Shown here piece after piece: positions 11,258 to 23,885 of a DNA stretch of 64,000 bases. Source of the stretch: Squalus acanthias (Eukaryota); contig CM059432.1 in NCBI GenBank assembly GCA_030390025.1, positions 72,356,001 through 72,420,000 on the forward strand. Direction: 5' to 3'. Numbering within the stretch: the stretch's first letter is position 1; the number at the start of each line of letters is the position of its first letter. Below the pieces are notes generated by a model that saw only the letters and a program-made list of their open reading frames with translations, did no database searches and was not told where the DNA came from. A program made the translations under genes and the position numbers.

Positions 11258-14120
11258 TTTTTTTTAATTTGTTCTTGGGATGTGGGCGTCGCTGGTAAGG
11301 CCAGCATTCATTGCCCATCACTAATTGCCCTTGAGAAGGTGGTGGTGAGCCGCCTTCTTGAACCGCTGCAGTCCATGTGGTGAAGGTACTCCCACAGTGC
11401 TGTTAGGGAAGGAGTTCCAGGATTTTGACCCAGCGACTACGAAGGAACGGCGATATATTTCCAAGTCAGGGTGGTGTGTGACTTGGAGGGGAACTTGGAG
11501 GTGGTGGTGTTCCCATGCACCTGCTGCCCTTGTCCTTCTAGGTGGTAGAGGTCGTGGGTTTGGGAGGTGCTGCCGAAGAAGCCTTGGTAAGTTGCTGCAG
11601 TGCATCTTGTAGATGGTACACACTGCAGCCATGGTACGCCGGTGGTGGAGGGAGTGAATGTTTAAGGTGGTGGATGGGGTTCCAATCAAGTGGGCTGCTT
11701 TGTCCTGGATGGTGTTGAGCTTCTTGAGTGTTGTTGGAGCTGCACTCATCCAGGCAAGCGGAGAGTATTCCATCACACTCCTTACTTGCACTTTGTAGCT
11801 GGTGGAAAGACTTTTGGGAGTCAGGAGGTGAGACACTCGCCACAGAATACCCAGCCTCTGACCTGCTCTTGTAGCCACAGTATTTATGTGGCTGGTCCAG
11901 TTAAGTTTCTGGTCAATGGTGACCCACAGGATGTTGATGGTGGGGGATTTGGTGATGGTAATGTCGTGGAATGTCACTGGGTGGTGGGTAGACTCTCTCT
12001 TGTTGGAGATAGTCATTGCCTGGCACTTGTGTGGTGTGAATGTTACTTGCCACTTATCAGCCCAAGCCTGAATGTCCTCCAGGTCTTGCTGCGTGCGGGC
12101 ATAGACTGCTTCATTATCTGAGGACGTGCGAATGGTACTGAACACTGTGCAATCATCAGCGAACAGCCCCACTTCTGACCTTATGATGGAGGGCAGGTCA
12201 TTGACGAAGCAGCTGAAGATGGTTGGGCCTAGGACACTGCCTTGAGGAACTCCTGCAGCGATGTCCTGGGGCTGAGATGATTGGCCTCCAACTTTGTGCT
12301 AGGTATGACTCCAGCCAGTGGAGAGTTTTTCCCCTGATTCCCATTGACTTCAATTTTACTAGGGCTCCTTGATGCCACACTCGGTCAAATGCTGCCTTGA
12401 TGTCAAGGGCAGTCACTCTCACCTCACCTCTGGAATTCAGCTCTTTTGCCCATGTTTGGACCAAAGCTTAATGAGGTCTGGAGCTGAGTGGTCTTGGCGG
12501 AACCCAAACTGAGCATTGCTGAGCAAGTTATTGGTGAGTAAGTGCCGCTTGGTAGCACTGTCGATAACACCTTCCATCACTTTGCTGATGATTGAGAGTA
12601 GTTGGCCGGATTGGATTTGTCCTGCTTTTTGTGGACAGGACATACCTGGGCAGATTTCCACGTTGTCGGGTAGATGCCAGTGTTGTAGCTGTACTGGAAC
12701 AGCTTGGCTGGAGGCGCGGCTAGTTCTGGAGTGCAAGTCTTCAGCACGACAGCCAGGATATTGTCGGGGCCCATAGCCTTTGCTGTATCCAGTGCACTCA
12801 GCCGTTTCTTGATATCACGTGGAGTGAATGGAATTGACTGAAGACTGGCTTCTGTGATGGTGGGGACCTCAGGAGGAGGCCTAGATGGATCATCCACTCG
12901 GCACTTCTGGCTGAAGATAGTTGGAAGTGTTTCAGCCTTGCCTTTTGCACTCACATGCTGGGCTCCGCCGTCATTGAGGATGGGGATGTTCATGGAGCCT
13001 CTTCCTCCCGTCAGTTGTTTAATGGTCCACCACCATTCACGACTGGATGTGGCAGGACTGCAGAGCTTTGATCTGATCCGTTGGTTGTGGGATCACTTAG
13101 CTCTGTCTCTCGCATGCTGCTTCCGCATTTTAGTATGCATGTAGTCCTGTGTTGCAGCTTCCCCAGGTTGGCACCTCATTTTTAGGTACGCCTGGTGCTG
13201 CTCCTGGCATACTCTTCTACACTCCTCATTGAACCAGGGTTGGTTGCCTAGCTTGATGTTAATGGTAGAGTGAGGGATATGCCGGGCCATGAGGTTACAG
13301 ATTGTGGTGGAATATAATTCTGCTGCTGCTGATGGCCCATAGCGCCTCATGGATGCCCATTTTTGAGCTGCTAGATCTTTTCTGAATCTATCCCATTTAG
13401 CACGGTGGTAGTGCCACACAACATGATGGAGGGTGTCTTCAGTGTGAAGACGGGACTTCATCTCCACAAGGACTGTGCAGTGGTTACTGCTACCAATACT
13501 GTCATGGACAGATGCATCTGCGATAGGTAGATTGGTGAGGACGAGGACAAGTAGGTTTTTCCCTCATGTTGGTTCTCTCACTACCTGCTGCAGGCCCAGT
13601 CTGGCAGCTATGTCCTTCAGGACTTGGCCAGCTCGGTCAGTAGTGGTGCTATCGAGCCACCCAGAGTACATTCTGTGCCCTTGCTATCCTCAGTGCTTCT
13701 TCCAAGTGGTGTTCAACATGGAGGAGTACTGATTTATCAGCTGAGGGAGGGTGGTAGGTGGTAGTCAGCAGGAGGTTTCCTTGCCCATGTTTGACCTGAT
13801 GCCATGAGACTTCACTGGATCCGGAGTCAATGTTGAGGGCTCCCAGGGCCACTCCCTCCCGACTGTATACTGCTGTGCCACCACCTCTGGTGGGTCTGTC
13901 CTACCGGTGGGACAGGACATACCCTGGATGGTGATGTCTGGGACATTGGCTGAAAGGTATGATTCTGTGAGTATGACTATATCAGGCTGTTGCTTGACTA
14001 GTCTGTGGGACAGCTCTCCCAATTTTGACACAAGACCCCAGATGGTAGTGAGGAGGACTTTGCAGGGTCGACTGGGCTGGGTGTGCCTTTGTTGTGTCCG
14101 AAGTCTGTGCCGAGGTCGAT
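11258..14120 (-). mobile_element. Non-LTR retrotransposon of the CR1/L2 group, near-complete ORF2 (APE plus RT), frameshifted
   Basis: Fragments SKLGELSHRL...DIVILTESYL (APE), KAMGPDNI, QFGFR, LDIKAAFDRVWH, FADD, ending HHHLLKGN*, then a short 3' UTR and A-rich tail. A different family from the other CR1 copies here. Confidence 0.9.
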
Positions 14121-14224
14121 GGGGGTTAAAAATAATAATTGGGGGTTAATAATTCCCCCCAATGTTTCAGGACAGTGGCCTTTTATCAGAACTGGAAAAT
14201 GTGGCAATATTACTGCATTTTCCA

Positions 14225-14259
14225 GTTCTGACGAATGGTCATTGACCTGAAACGTTAAC
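14225..14259 (+). ncRNA. Minimal hammerhead ribozyme motif (Penelope-type)
   Basis: GUU-CUGACGA-au-GGUC-auu-GACC-u-GAAA-CGUU-AAC: core, stem II, palindromic ACGU stem III and GUU/AAC stem I. Confidence 0.65.
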
Positions 14260-15791
14260 TCTGTTCCTCTCTCCACAGATGCTGACTGACCTGCTGAGTA
14301 GTTCCAGCATTTTCTGTTTATATTTCAGATTTCCAGTATCCTCAGTATTTTGCCTTTGTAAGAGAATTTACTCTATTGATTCCATCTAATGTGCAAGCTG
14401 AGCCTATACTTATTTATGTCTAGTAACGAGCGAGTCACCGGAGCCTGTTTTGGAGCTGTCAGTGGCTGACCACAACTTCGGGATTTCCGCATGCAGTCAG
14501 TTTCAAAGGCGGAATGACGGTGAACGCTACCAGTTTGCCGTCATCCCGACCACAAATTCCAGGCCAGTGTTCTTATTTTGGAAATATGGGCTAGGAAATT
14601 CCTCAGAGCTGCTCCCACTCTGCCGGCGTTACTTCGCCTGAAGTTAATCATTGTTGATGAATTGCCTTTTGCAAAGTAGATTTGTAAAATGCAGTCAAGC
14701 ACATGCTTATCTGCAAGTTTTGTTCATTGTGTTTGTCACATGTCTACCACGATGAGACTGAGGATAGCCTTCATCAAGTCTGTAATCTTGTCAAAGGCCT
14801 TTATCCTTGTTTTGTGGGTTACAACCTCATAGCATCATATATTTCCTTTCATTTTTAGTGTCTGGAATACAACTAATTCAGTTCTCTTTAGTGCATTCTC
14901 TTGAATATTGCGTTACTGAGTGAATAACTCTGCTTCGTGTTTGGCCCCACTTCCTAAAGAACATATTGATAGAAGATGAAAAGCAGATTGTTTAGTAGCT
15001 GCCAGTTGTTTGTAAAAAAAAGACTTGCATTTATATAGCACCTTTCACAACCTCAGGACGTCCCAAAGCGTTTAACAGCCAATGAAGTACTTTTGAAGTG
15101 TAGTCACAGTTGTAAGTAGGAAATGTGACAGCCAATTTGCGCACAGCAAGCTCCCACAAACAGCAATGTGATAATGACCAGATAATGGCCCGGAATTTGT
15201 GGTGGGTCATGACGGCAAACTGTCAGCGTTCGCCGTTATTACCCTTTGAAACTGACCGCAACTTCAGGATATAGTGCATGCGTATCTAAACACGGAAATC
15301 CTGAAGTTGCGGTCAGTCGTTTTTCGCTTCCCCATAGGCTTCGCTGAAGAAGTCTCCAACATTCAGATTTACATACAACACAACTGACTGCTGAGAATTT
15401 GGGCTAATTGCCCACATCTAACGAAATTATCTCGCTGTAAATTTTTAAACCTTGTTTAAGTAGGTGCAAGGAGTCTGTTTGGCCATTGTGAATACTTAAT
15501 TAGGTGAAAGATGAAACCGGAAGGATATTCTTGCTGGCAAAAAACCTACTCAAAAGGGCTGCGAGACACATATATCCATTTTTTCAATTTTATTTCACTT
15601 TTTGAAATCTTAAATGATTGTTTAAAAATAATTTTGTTTGGAATTACATGCTTTCTAAAATTTTGCTTACATCCATATGACTTTGTAAAATCTTGTTTCT
15701 CTTCACTTTATTAATATGACTTTTACAACTTTTTCAATTTTTTTTGACATGTACTGCAAATGTCTAAAGAGGAAGCCTGTGAGGGAGAAAC

Positions 15792-17677
15792 ATGCCTTTT
15801 GCACTCTTTGGCCCAATGTAGTATGCTTTGTGCGTAAGGAGAGTCCGACGCAGGAGGGAACAACGAAGAAGAATCAGGATCCATGACCGTAGGCTGATCA
15901 GGAGGATCTTTTACCCACCCCAGAGAGTTTATAGGAAGAGGCTGTCATTCGAGATGATGTTGGAGGAGTTGTGTGTAAGGAGACTACGCTTCAGGAAAGA
16001 GGCAATCGGCCACCTCTGTGATATGCTACAGGAGGATCTTTAGTCACATTCTAAGACCCGCACTGCCTTGTCAGTGTCCATAAAGGTAACCACAGCACTC
16101 AACTTCTATGTACGTGGGTCATTTCAGTCAGGTACTGGTAACATGTGCAGCATTGCCCAGAGCGCTGCGAGGGCCTGCATTCACCAGGTCACAGGTGCCA
16201 TATTCCATAGGGCTTCTGACTTCTTCAACATTGACTTGACCCCAGCGCAGTAAGGGAGAGGTCCATCACATTCCATAGGATTGCTGGCTTCCCCAAAGTG
16301 CTTGGGGCTGTCGATGGAACCCATTTCGCATTGAAAGCACTGAATGATACACCTGTTACATACATAAACAGGAAGAGGTTTCATTCACTAAATGTGATGA
16401 TCATCTGTGATGCCCAATTACGGATTCTGAATGTAAATGCAAATCACCGGGGAAGTGCTCATGACGACTTCGTCCTCCGGCACTCAGACTGACATGACGC
16501 CCTCAGTAGATTGCGTCCAGGATCTAGATGGATATTGGGTGACCAGGGTTACCCGCTGAAACTGTAGCTGATGACACTATACCGCAGGACCAATAGTGAA
16601 GCACAGGAAAAATACAACCGTGCACACGTGTCCACACGCCAAGTGGTGGAGAGAACAATCGGGGTGCTGAAATCATGATTGGCCCAGAAATTAAAGACTG
16701 AGTGTTGACACGGGGGTAAGGCTTCCCCGCGATCTCTCACTCCGCGTTGGCTTTTTCAGATCCAGCTCGCACGAACTTGATGTTCTAGACATCAGCTGGG
16801 CAGTGCTTGCGTATCCCACCGGCGTAGTGAATTCGTGCGAGCTGTGGGATCACGTGACTCAGTTAGAGCCAATGGCAGCACACCATCTTCCATTCATAAG
16901 TTTCACATACGTGCTGTGAAAGCTATGAATCTTACACACCCCCAAAATAACAGCTAAATCTCAATTAATTTTTTTTAAAAACCATCACATTGATAAAATA
17001 AGTGTAGTTAAATAAATTAACCATTTTAAATAAAAAATTAAATTTTTGAAAAAATTTAAAATCTTTTAAAAAGTTATAAAAATAAACTTACCTGTCTTTA
17101 AAGTCTCTAAAAAAGATATACCTGTTAAAAAAAATTCAAAATAATACTTAATTCACTACTTACCTTGTTAAAAGTGGGTCTTACTCCTCCTTTTTTCATT
17201 TCTAAAATCTTCCGTCCTTACCTGCGCGTCCAAAGCACTAAGTGCACAGCGTGCGCGCAGCCTGTAGCGCGCACGCGGTGCACCGAGGAACCGCCCCCTT
17301 TTCCAAAAACCAAGTGCATGCAGAAAACCGGCAATTGGTGACAGAATACGCGAGAGTACACAGTGCGTACTCTCGCGTCGCGGGACTAATTTTTGGGCCC
17401 ATGCTTCCGGTGCCTGGACAGGTTTGGAAGAACTTTGCAGTACTCACCTGTGAAAGTGTCGAGGATTGTGGTGGCCTGTTGCGCATCGCACAACTTTGCC
17501 CTGCAGGAAGGACTGACCCTTAACCCGGCAGACGAGATTCCTGTGGAAATGGATGACATGGAGGATCCCAACATGGATGTCGCTGGGGCCATGATTCATG
17601 GGTCACCTGAGGAAGCCATTGCTGCAGCGGGCAGAATGGCGAGAGAGCAGCTGGTGGCTAATATATTTGGACAGTGA
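15792..17677 (+). pseudogene. Harbinger DDE transposase (HARBI1-like family), interrupted by MITE 16681-17400
   Basis: RRLRFRKE, KVTTALNFY..GSFQ, GAVDGTH, NRKRFHSLNV, GSAHD, LGDQGYPL, ERTIGVLK|FRCLD...LQYSP...CCASHN; multiple stops. Confidence 0.9.
16681..17400. mobile_element. Harbinger-type MITE (same family as 3495-4256)
   Basis: Ends GGCCCAGAAATT and AATTTTTGGGCCC; internal similarity to 3495-4256; inserted in the LKxRFRCLD motif of the transposase. Confidence 0.85.
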
Positions 17678-17689
17678 TGAGAGCGTCAA

Positions 17690-18730
17690 GATGCCAGGGG
17701 AAACAACCTCTCAGCATCTACCCTGTCAATCCCCTTCAGAATCTTATATGTTTCAATGAGATCATCTCACATTCTTCTAAACTCCAGAGAATATTGGCCC
17801 AATCTACTCAATCTCTCCTCATAGGACAACGCTCTCATCCCAGGAATCAATCTAGTGAACCTTCGTTGCACCGCCTCCAAGGCAAGTATATCCTTCCTCA
17901 GATAAGGAGACCAAAACTGTGCACAGTACTCCAGGTGTGGTCTCACCAAGGCCCTGTACAATTGTAGCAAGACTTCCTTGCTCTTGTACTCCAACCCCCT
18001 TGCAATAAAGGCCAACATGCCATTTGCCTTCCTAATTGCTTGCTGTATCTGCATGCTAACTTTCTGTGTTTCCTGTATGAGGACACATAAATCTCTCTGA
18101 ACACCATCATGTAATAGTTTCTCACCATTTAAAAAATATTCTGTTTTGCTATTCTTCCTACCAAAGTGAACAACCCTCACATTTCCCCACATTATACTAC
18201 ATCTGCCACCTTATTGTCCACTCACTTAACCTGTCTATAGCCCTTTGCAGGCTCTTTGTGTCCACCTCACAGCTTACTTTCCCGCCTAGCTTTGTATCGT
18301 CAGCAAACTTAGATGCATTACACTCAGTCCCTTCATCTAAGTCATTAATATAAATTGTAAATAGCGGAGGCCCAAGCACTGATCCTTGCGGCACCTCACT
18401 AGTTACAGCCTGCCAACCTGAAAATGACCCTTTTATCCCTACTTTCTGTTTACTGTCCGTTAACCAATCCTCTATCAATGCTAATATATTACCCCAACCC
18501 CATGAGCCCTCATCTTGCATAATAACCTTTTATGTGGCACCTTATCAAATGCCTTTTGGAAATCCAAATATACTACCTCCACTGGTTCCCCCTTATCTAC
18601 TCTGTTAGTTACATCCTCAAAAAATTCGAATAAATTTATTAAACATGATCTCCCTTTCCTAAAACCATGTTGACTCTGCCTAATCATATTATGATTTTCT
18701 AAATGCCCTGTTACCATTTCCTTAGTAATG
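17690..18730 (-). mobile_element. CR1 LINE RT fragment
   Basis: [52 protein letters not shown]. Confidence 0.95.
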
Positions 18731-18734
18731 GTTC

Positions 18735-19830
18735 GTCGCAGTCAAGCGCCCACCCCCTCCCTCACCTCACATCAGCACCCTGAAGCTGAAACGTGGGGGC
18801 AGGAGTGATGACGCCACTTCGCATGGCTGCCACCCCAATCTTTCTCCTCCTCCTCCACCACACTTACCATCTGAACTGGCTCTGCAACCCTTTCCTTAAC
18901 ACCCTCTCCAGGCCCCGTGTGAACATCCTCTGCAGCCACCGACTCACCGCCATCTGGAATCCGTGTGTCCAAAGACAGCTGTCCACTTGTGGAGCAGAAA
19001 AAATAAACATTTACAATGGTGAAGCATGTTCATCTGGCACATCACAGAAGCTCATATGCAGCGCGTGCACATTCATCATTTCATCTTCTCTTCAGACGTT
19101 ATAGCCAACCAACATGTTTTAAACATGCAGCTGGACAAAGCAACAATGCAACACTTACCTTTCCTCACTCCAATGTCTGTTTGGGCACCTGACACTGAAC
19201 TGTTACTGATGCCCAGCAGGTGACTGGCCCTTTCTTCCTGCTCACTCAACTTCTTTACAAAGGCCACACCATGGAACGCTCTCTGCCATTATGTGCCATC
19301 TTACTCTGCACAGACATGGAAAATAAATTTCAGTTTTTGTTTCATTCTTGGTTAAAAGAGGCAAGTTGGCTGCTTTGGAGACAGTGTTTAATTCACTAAT
19401 TGCAATTTCACACCTCAAAACTGGAGTATAGATACAAGAGCTTTACAAACACTTAGTTAGTTAGGCCCGTCTCCAATGGCAATTGAATTTTACGACTAGT
19501 TGACTTCACAATAAACACACCACCGCACCCATAAGCAAGCTCTTCTCTATTTTGCATTGGTAACATTTTAAGAAATCTTACATTTAAAGTTTCTAATAAC
19601 TGTATAAACCTCAGCATATGTGTTAAATCATTTCGCTTTTTACGACACTGTTCCGTGCTCCGTGGCACGGTGGAGCTAGCACTCACAGCCTGTGCCACCT
19701 CCTTCCACGCCAACATGCTAACTTTTTGTGGCACTCTACACCACACCTCTGTCTCATTGAGGAGTGTTTTGAGGTCGTCGTCACTTAAGTTGTGACACCT
19801 TTTCCTGTCATCTATCTTTTGTACTGCCAT
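18735..19830 (-). pseudogene. Harbinger Myb/SANT DNA-binding protein gene (spliced; exons ~19830-19610, 19305-19159, from ~18985)
   Basis: RKRCHNLSDDDLKTLL...AWKEVAQAVSASSTVPRSTEQCRKKRNDL; exon 2 begins cag|SKMAHNGRER and ends at gtaagt. Confidence 0.8.
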
Positions 19831-21504
19831 ATTTTTTCTGTAAGTGCACACTCTTAATTTTACTTTGCTCAGCTTTATATAAACAGCCCATTTCACTTTG
19901 CCATTTAATTCAAAGTTTTTAAAAGTTTAAATTTTTAAAAAAGTTTTTATAAGATTTCCACTGCAGTTACAATTAAGTTACAAAGGTAATTTCAAGAGTA
20001 CTCGCCTCTTTAAGCTGCAAACTGATTTTGTGGGCGTGGCTTATCCTCCTGTCAGTTTTGTCAGATTTTGTGGGCGTGTCTTGTTTGACGCCCCACGTGA
20101 TGCGAGATTTGCACTCATGTTAAATAATGCTCCATGGGAGCCAACGCTGTGCGCAACTCTGCTGCCTTTTTGCCAAAGTTTTCGACATGAAGATCGAATT
20201 AGGCAAGTGCGAATTTTTTTATGTGGTCAGCAGTGAACGCCTTTGCTTCGCCGCTGACCGCAAATTACGGGCAGTTGTTTTTAGTGATGTTGATTTAGGG
20301 ATAAATAATGGCCAGGACACCGGGGATAACTCCTCTGTTCTTTTTCGAAATAGTGCCATGGGATCTTTTACGCCCACCTGAGAGAGCAGACGGTGCCTCG
20401 GTTTAACATCTCGTCCAAAAGATGGCACCTCCAACAGTGCAGCACTCCCTCAGTACTGTACTGGAGTGTCAGGCTAGATTTTTGTGCTCAAGTCTCTGGA
20501 GTGGGACTTGAACCTTCTGACCTAGAGGCAAGAGTGCTACCCACTGAGCTCAGCAATTGTAGCATAGTACAGGAGCTCCTATGTTCTGCAACAAAGTAAA
20601 ACTTTGTTTTATTTACAATATACTAAACTACATGCTTAAGAAAATTTTATATTTTTGTTTACTATTTTTTCCAGATTTTCCTTTGTGATATTTATGAATG
20701 CTTCCGAGATTTCTTATATCCTATTTCTGAAGTTGTAGGATGTACTGTAGTAAACTGAAGCATGAAGATCTTCCAGATTTTTGCAGAAAAGTAATTTTAC
20801 AAGAATCTTTCCCCTAATTGCAATTCATTTATACATGTGGAGGGAAATCTGTTTTTGATTACGGGTGTTGCCCAACTTTGTAGAGAAGCTCAATGTCTAT
20901 GAAAGCTTTCTCCATTATAAATTGTGCCACTCTGCAATTTTAAATTGCAACCACATGGATTTAATGGATTCCAGCTCAGAAAACTGGACGAACTAAATGG
21001 GCTTGTGTGTGTGGTTGTTGGCTCTAAATTAACTGATGTTTTCAACCATGTGATACCCACTGAACACAGTACTGATTAAAGTGGGATACAGGACATTAGT
21101 CAACAGAACTACAAGATATGCCTCAATCCTAATCCAGCAAATGTGAAGTGTGTGTCTGTAAAACTGTTTCAGAGTTCACTTTTGACAATGCTATTTCCAA
21201 AGGATTGTAAACTTAATGAATATTAGCTGTGTGATATTTCCTCCTCCAAGTTTATATATCAGTCTTTTTTTTAAACTACAGATTTCATCTTCATTGTTCT
21301 GATAAGGTAAAGTCACTAGAACAGAAATGCAATAGTCATTGTTTTTTTCTTAATTTTAATCATCGTTTCAGAGAAAATATGAAGGAAAGATTTTTTTTGT
21401 GTGTGTGACCATAGGGCACAGCTATACCACATGCACCCGTATGAGGCTGCTACTTGCTTAGCGTGATGCAGGCCAGCAGTACAAAGCTATAAAGGTCTGT
21501 ATGG

Positions 21505-21600
21505 CACAGCAGCCTAGTGGTTATGCTACTGGACTAGCAACTCAAGAGCTGTGAGTTCAATTGCTGCCATATTATTGTGAAATTTAATTCTATAAAATCT
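21505..21600 (+). mobile_element. tRNA-derived SINE head fragment
   Basis: A-box-like gcctagtggtt and B-box-like gagttcaat; no full cloverleaf. Confidence 0.45.
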
Positions 21601-21949
21601 AGGCTGTGAATTTTCTTGGAGCTGTTCCCACTGCTGTCGTGACTTTGCTGTAAATACAGCAGAAACCCTAATTCTATCCATTCAGACAAGACCTGTCTTT
21701 AGCACCTCTTTTTCACTGCAGATGTAGAGACTGAACTATGCCATCTGCTGCAGCCTGACGTGTAGACAACCTAAAAGGCTGGGACAGCTCTTCCTGTTCT
21801 ATCAAGGTCACTACAGCACTAACCGTCTATGCAACGGGACACTTCCAGGCCACAGTGAACATTTGTCAGACAAGGCAATCTGCAGCTCATTCCAGCATAA
21901 AGCAAGTGACTGATGCCATGTTTGACAGGAAGAACAACTTTATCAGTTT

Positions 21950-23885
21950 CATAAGAAATAGGAGCAGGAGTAGGCCATTTGGCCCCTTGAGCCTACTCCG
22001 CCATTCAATAAGATCACGGCTGATCTGATCTTGGCCTCAAGTCCACTTTCCCGCCCGCTCCCCATAACCCTTGACTCCCCTGTAGCTCAAATATCTGTCT
22101 ATAAGAACATAATAGAATTCGAAACAATGCGTGTAGAGCAGTTGGTTAGCGGCCCACCACCTTAACCTCTCAACCACTTCGCCCCAGTTGAGTTCAACAA
22201 TTTCAGATCATAACCTCTGCCCCCATTTTTTCACATGGCAGCTGTTGCTAATGATTCTGCCATTGCCATTTACACTTCCTCTAGACCCATCTTTTGTTTC
22301 TTAACTTGTCCCATTACCATCTCCTTTCGACTCGCACCATCATCCCTTTTGTCATTTAATCTCTCCTGCCTTCCACCCTATCACAGACCTTCCCTTTTGT
22401 TCTTTCCTCCCCCCTCTCCCTGCCCCATACTTGCTTAAAACCTGTTAGATCTCTAACTTCTTCCAGTTCTGACAAAAGGTCATCGACCTGAGTTAACTCT
22501 GTTTCTCTCTCCACAGATGCTGCCTGACATCGATCTCTGTCTTGAATATACTCAATGACTGAGCCTCCACAGCCCTCTGAGGTAGAGAATTCCAAAGATT
22601 CACCACCCTCTGAGTGAATAAATTTCTCCTTATCTCAGTCCTAAATGGCCGACCCCTTATTTTGAGACTGTGACCCCTGGTTCTAGACTCCCCAGCCAGG
22701 GCAAACATCCTCCCTGCATCTACCCTGTCAAGCCCTGTAAGAATTCTGTATGTTTCAATGAGATCACCTCTCATTCTTCTAAACTCCAGAGAATATAGGC
22801 CTAGTCTACTCAATCTCTCCTCATAGGACAATCCCCCCATCCCAGGAACCAGTCTGGTGAACCTTCATTGCACTCCCTCTATGGCAAGTATATTCTTCCT
22901 TAGGTAAGGAGACCAAAACTGTACACAATACTCCAGGTGTGGTCTCACCAGGTCCTTATATAATTGCAGTGAGACGTCTTTACTCTTATACTCAAATCCT
23001 CTTGTAATAAAGGCCAACATACCATTTGCTTTCTTAATTGCTTGCTGTACCTGCATGTTAACTTTCAGTGATTAGTGTACAAGGACACCCAGATCCCGCT
23101 GAACACCAACATTTCCCAATCTCTCACCATTTAAAAAATACTCTGCTTTTCTACTTTTCCTACTGAAGTGGATAACTTCTCATTTCTCCACATTATATTC
23201 CATTTGCCATGTTCTTGCCCACTCACTTAGCCTGTCTATATGCCTGTCACAAGCCTCCTTGCATCCTCCTCACAACTTACATTCCCACCCAGCTTTGTAT
23301 CATCAGCAAACTTGGATATGTTACATTTGGTCCCCTCATCCAAATCATTGATGTAGATTGTGAATAGCTGAGGCCCAAGCACTGATCCTTGCGGTACCCC
23401 ACTAGTTACAGCCTGCCAACCCATTAACCAATCCTCAATCCATGTTAGTATATTACCCCCAATCCCATGAGCCCTAATTTTGTTTAATAACCTCTTGTGT
23501 GACACCTCATCGAATGCCTTCTGAAAATCCAAATACACCACATCCACCGGTTCCCCCTTATCTATTCTGCTAGTTACAACCCCAAAAAGCTCTAACAGAT
23601 TTGTCAAACACGATTTCCCTTTCATAAATCCATGTTGACTCTGCCCAATCCTATTATTATTTTCGAAGTGCCCTGTTACCACGTCCTTATTAATAGATTC
23701 TAGCATTTTCCCTATAACTGATGTCAGGCTAACTTGTCTGCAGTTCCCTGTTTTCTCTCTCTCTCCTTTTTTAAATAGGGGGTTACATTTTCTACCTTCC
23801 AATCCGTGGGAACCGTTCTAGAATCTATGGAATTTTGGAAAACGACATCCACTATCTCGATAGCCACCTCTTTCAAAACCCTTTC
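21950..23885 (-). mobile_element. CR1 LINE (RT to 3' UTR), interrupted by a Penelope fragment
   Basis: RT motifs in ORFs 23236..23802, 22865..23056 and 22493..22840; 3' UTR at 21950-22100. Confidence 0.95.
22170..22528 (+). mobile_element. Penelope-like element 3' fragment with damaged hammerhead motif
   Basis: EFNNFRS* ORF end, pyrimidine-rich UTR, then ccagttctgacaaaaggtcatcgacctga...gttaactctg matching 14221-14290 but lacking the GAAA box. Confidence 0.6.

Larger units (their letters stand above)
9712..14160 (-). mobile_element. Harbinger-type MITE (family of 55362-56010) expanded by L2 and LINE insertions
   Basis: Left end GGCCCCAATATTTA and right end TAATTCCCCCC match the reverse complement of the ends of 55362-56010; TSD AAC/AAT (CpG decay); internal 10270-11255 is homologous. 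Confidence 0.65.
9640..14358. mobile_element. Penelope-like inverted element (second family), split by a 4.4-kb nested insertion
   Basis: 9640-9711 (aaacagaaaatgctg...gagttaac) continues at 14164 (gtttcagg...atcagaactggaaaa) and is the reverse complement of 14215-14325. Confidence 0.7.
15187..20272. mobile_element. PIF/Harbinger DNA transposon 1 (full-length outline, decayed)
   Basis: TIRs GGCCCGGAATTTGTGGT and reverse complement TGCCCGTAATTTGCGGT; convergent transposase (+) and Myb/SANT (-) genes. Confidence 0.85.
15018..20550 (-). mobile_element. Deu-domain tRNA-derived SINE split in two (15018-15186 and 20274-20550) by Harbinger element 1
   Basis: Both parts are reverse complements of contiguous parts of the SINE at 54730-55192 and join at ...ccagataat|gttgtttttag. 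Confidence 0.85.
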
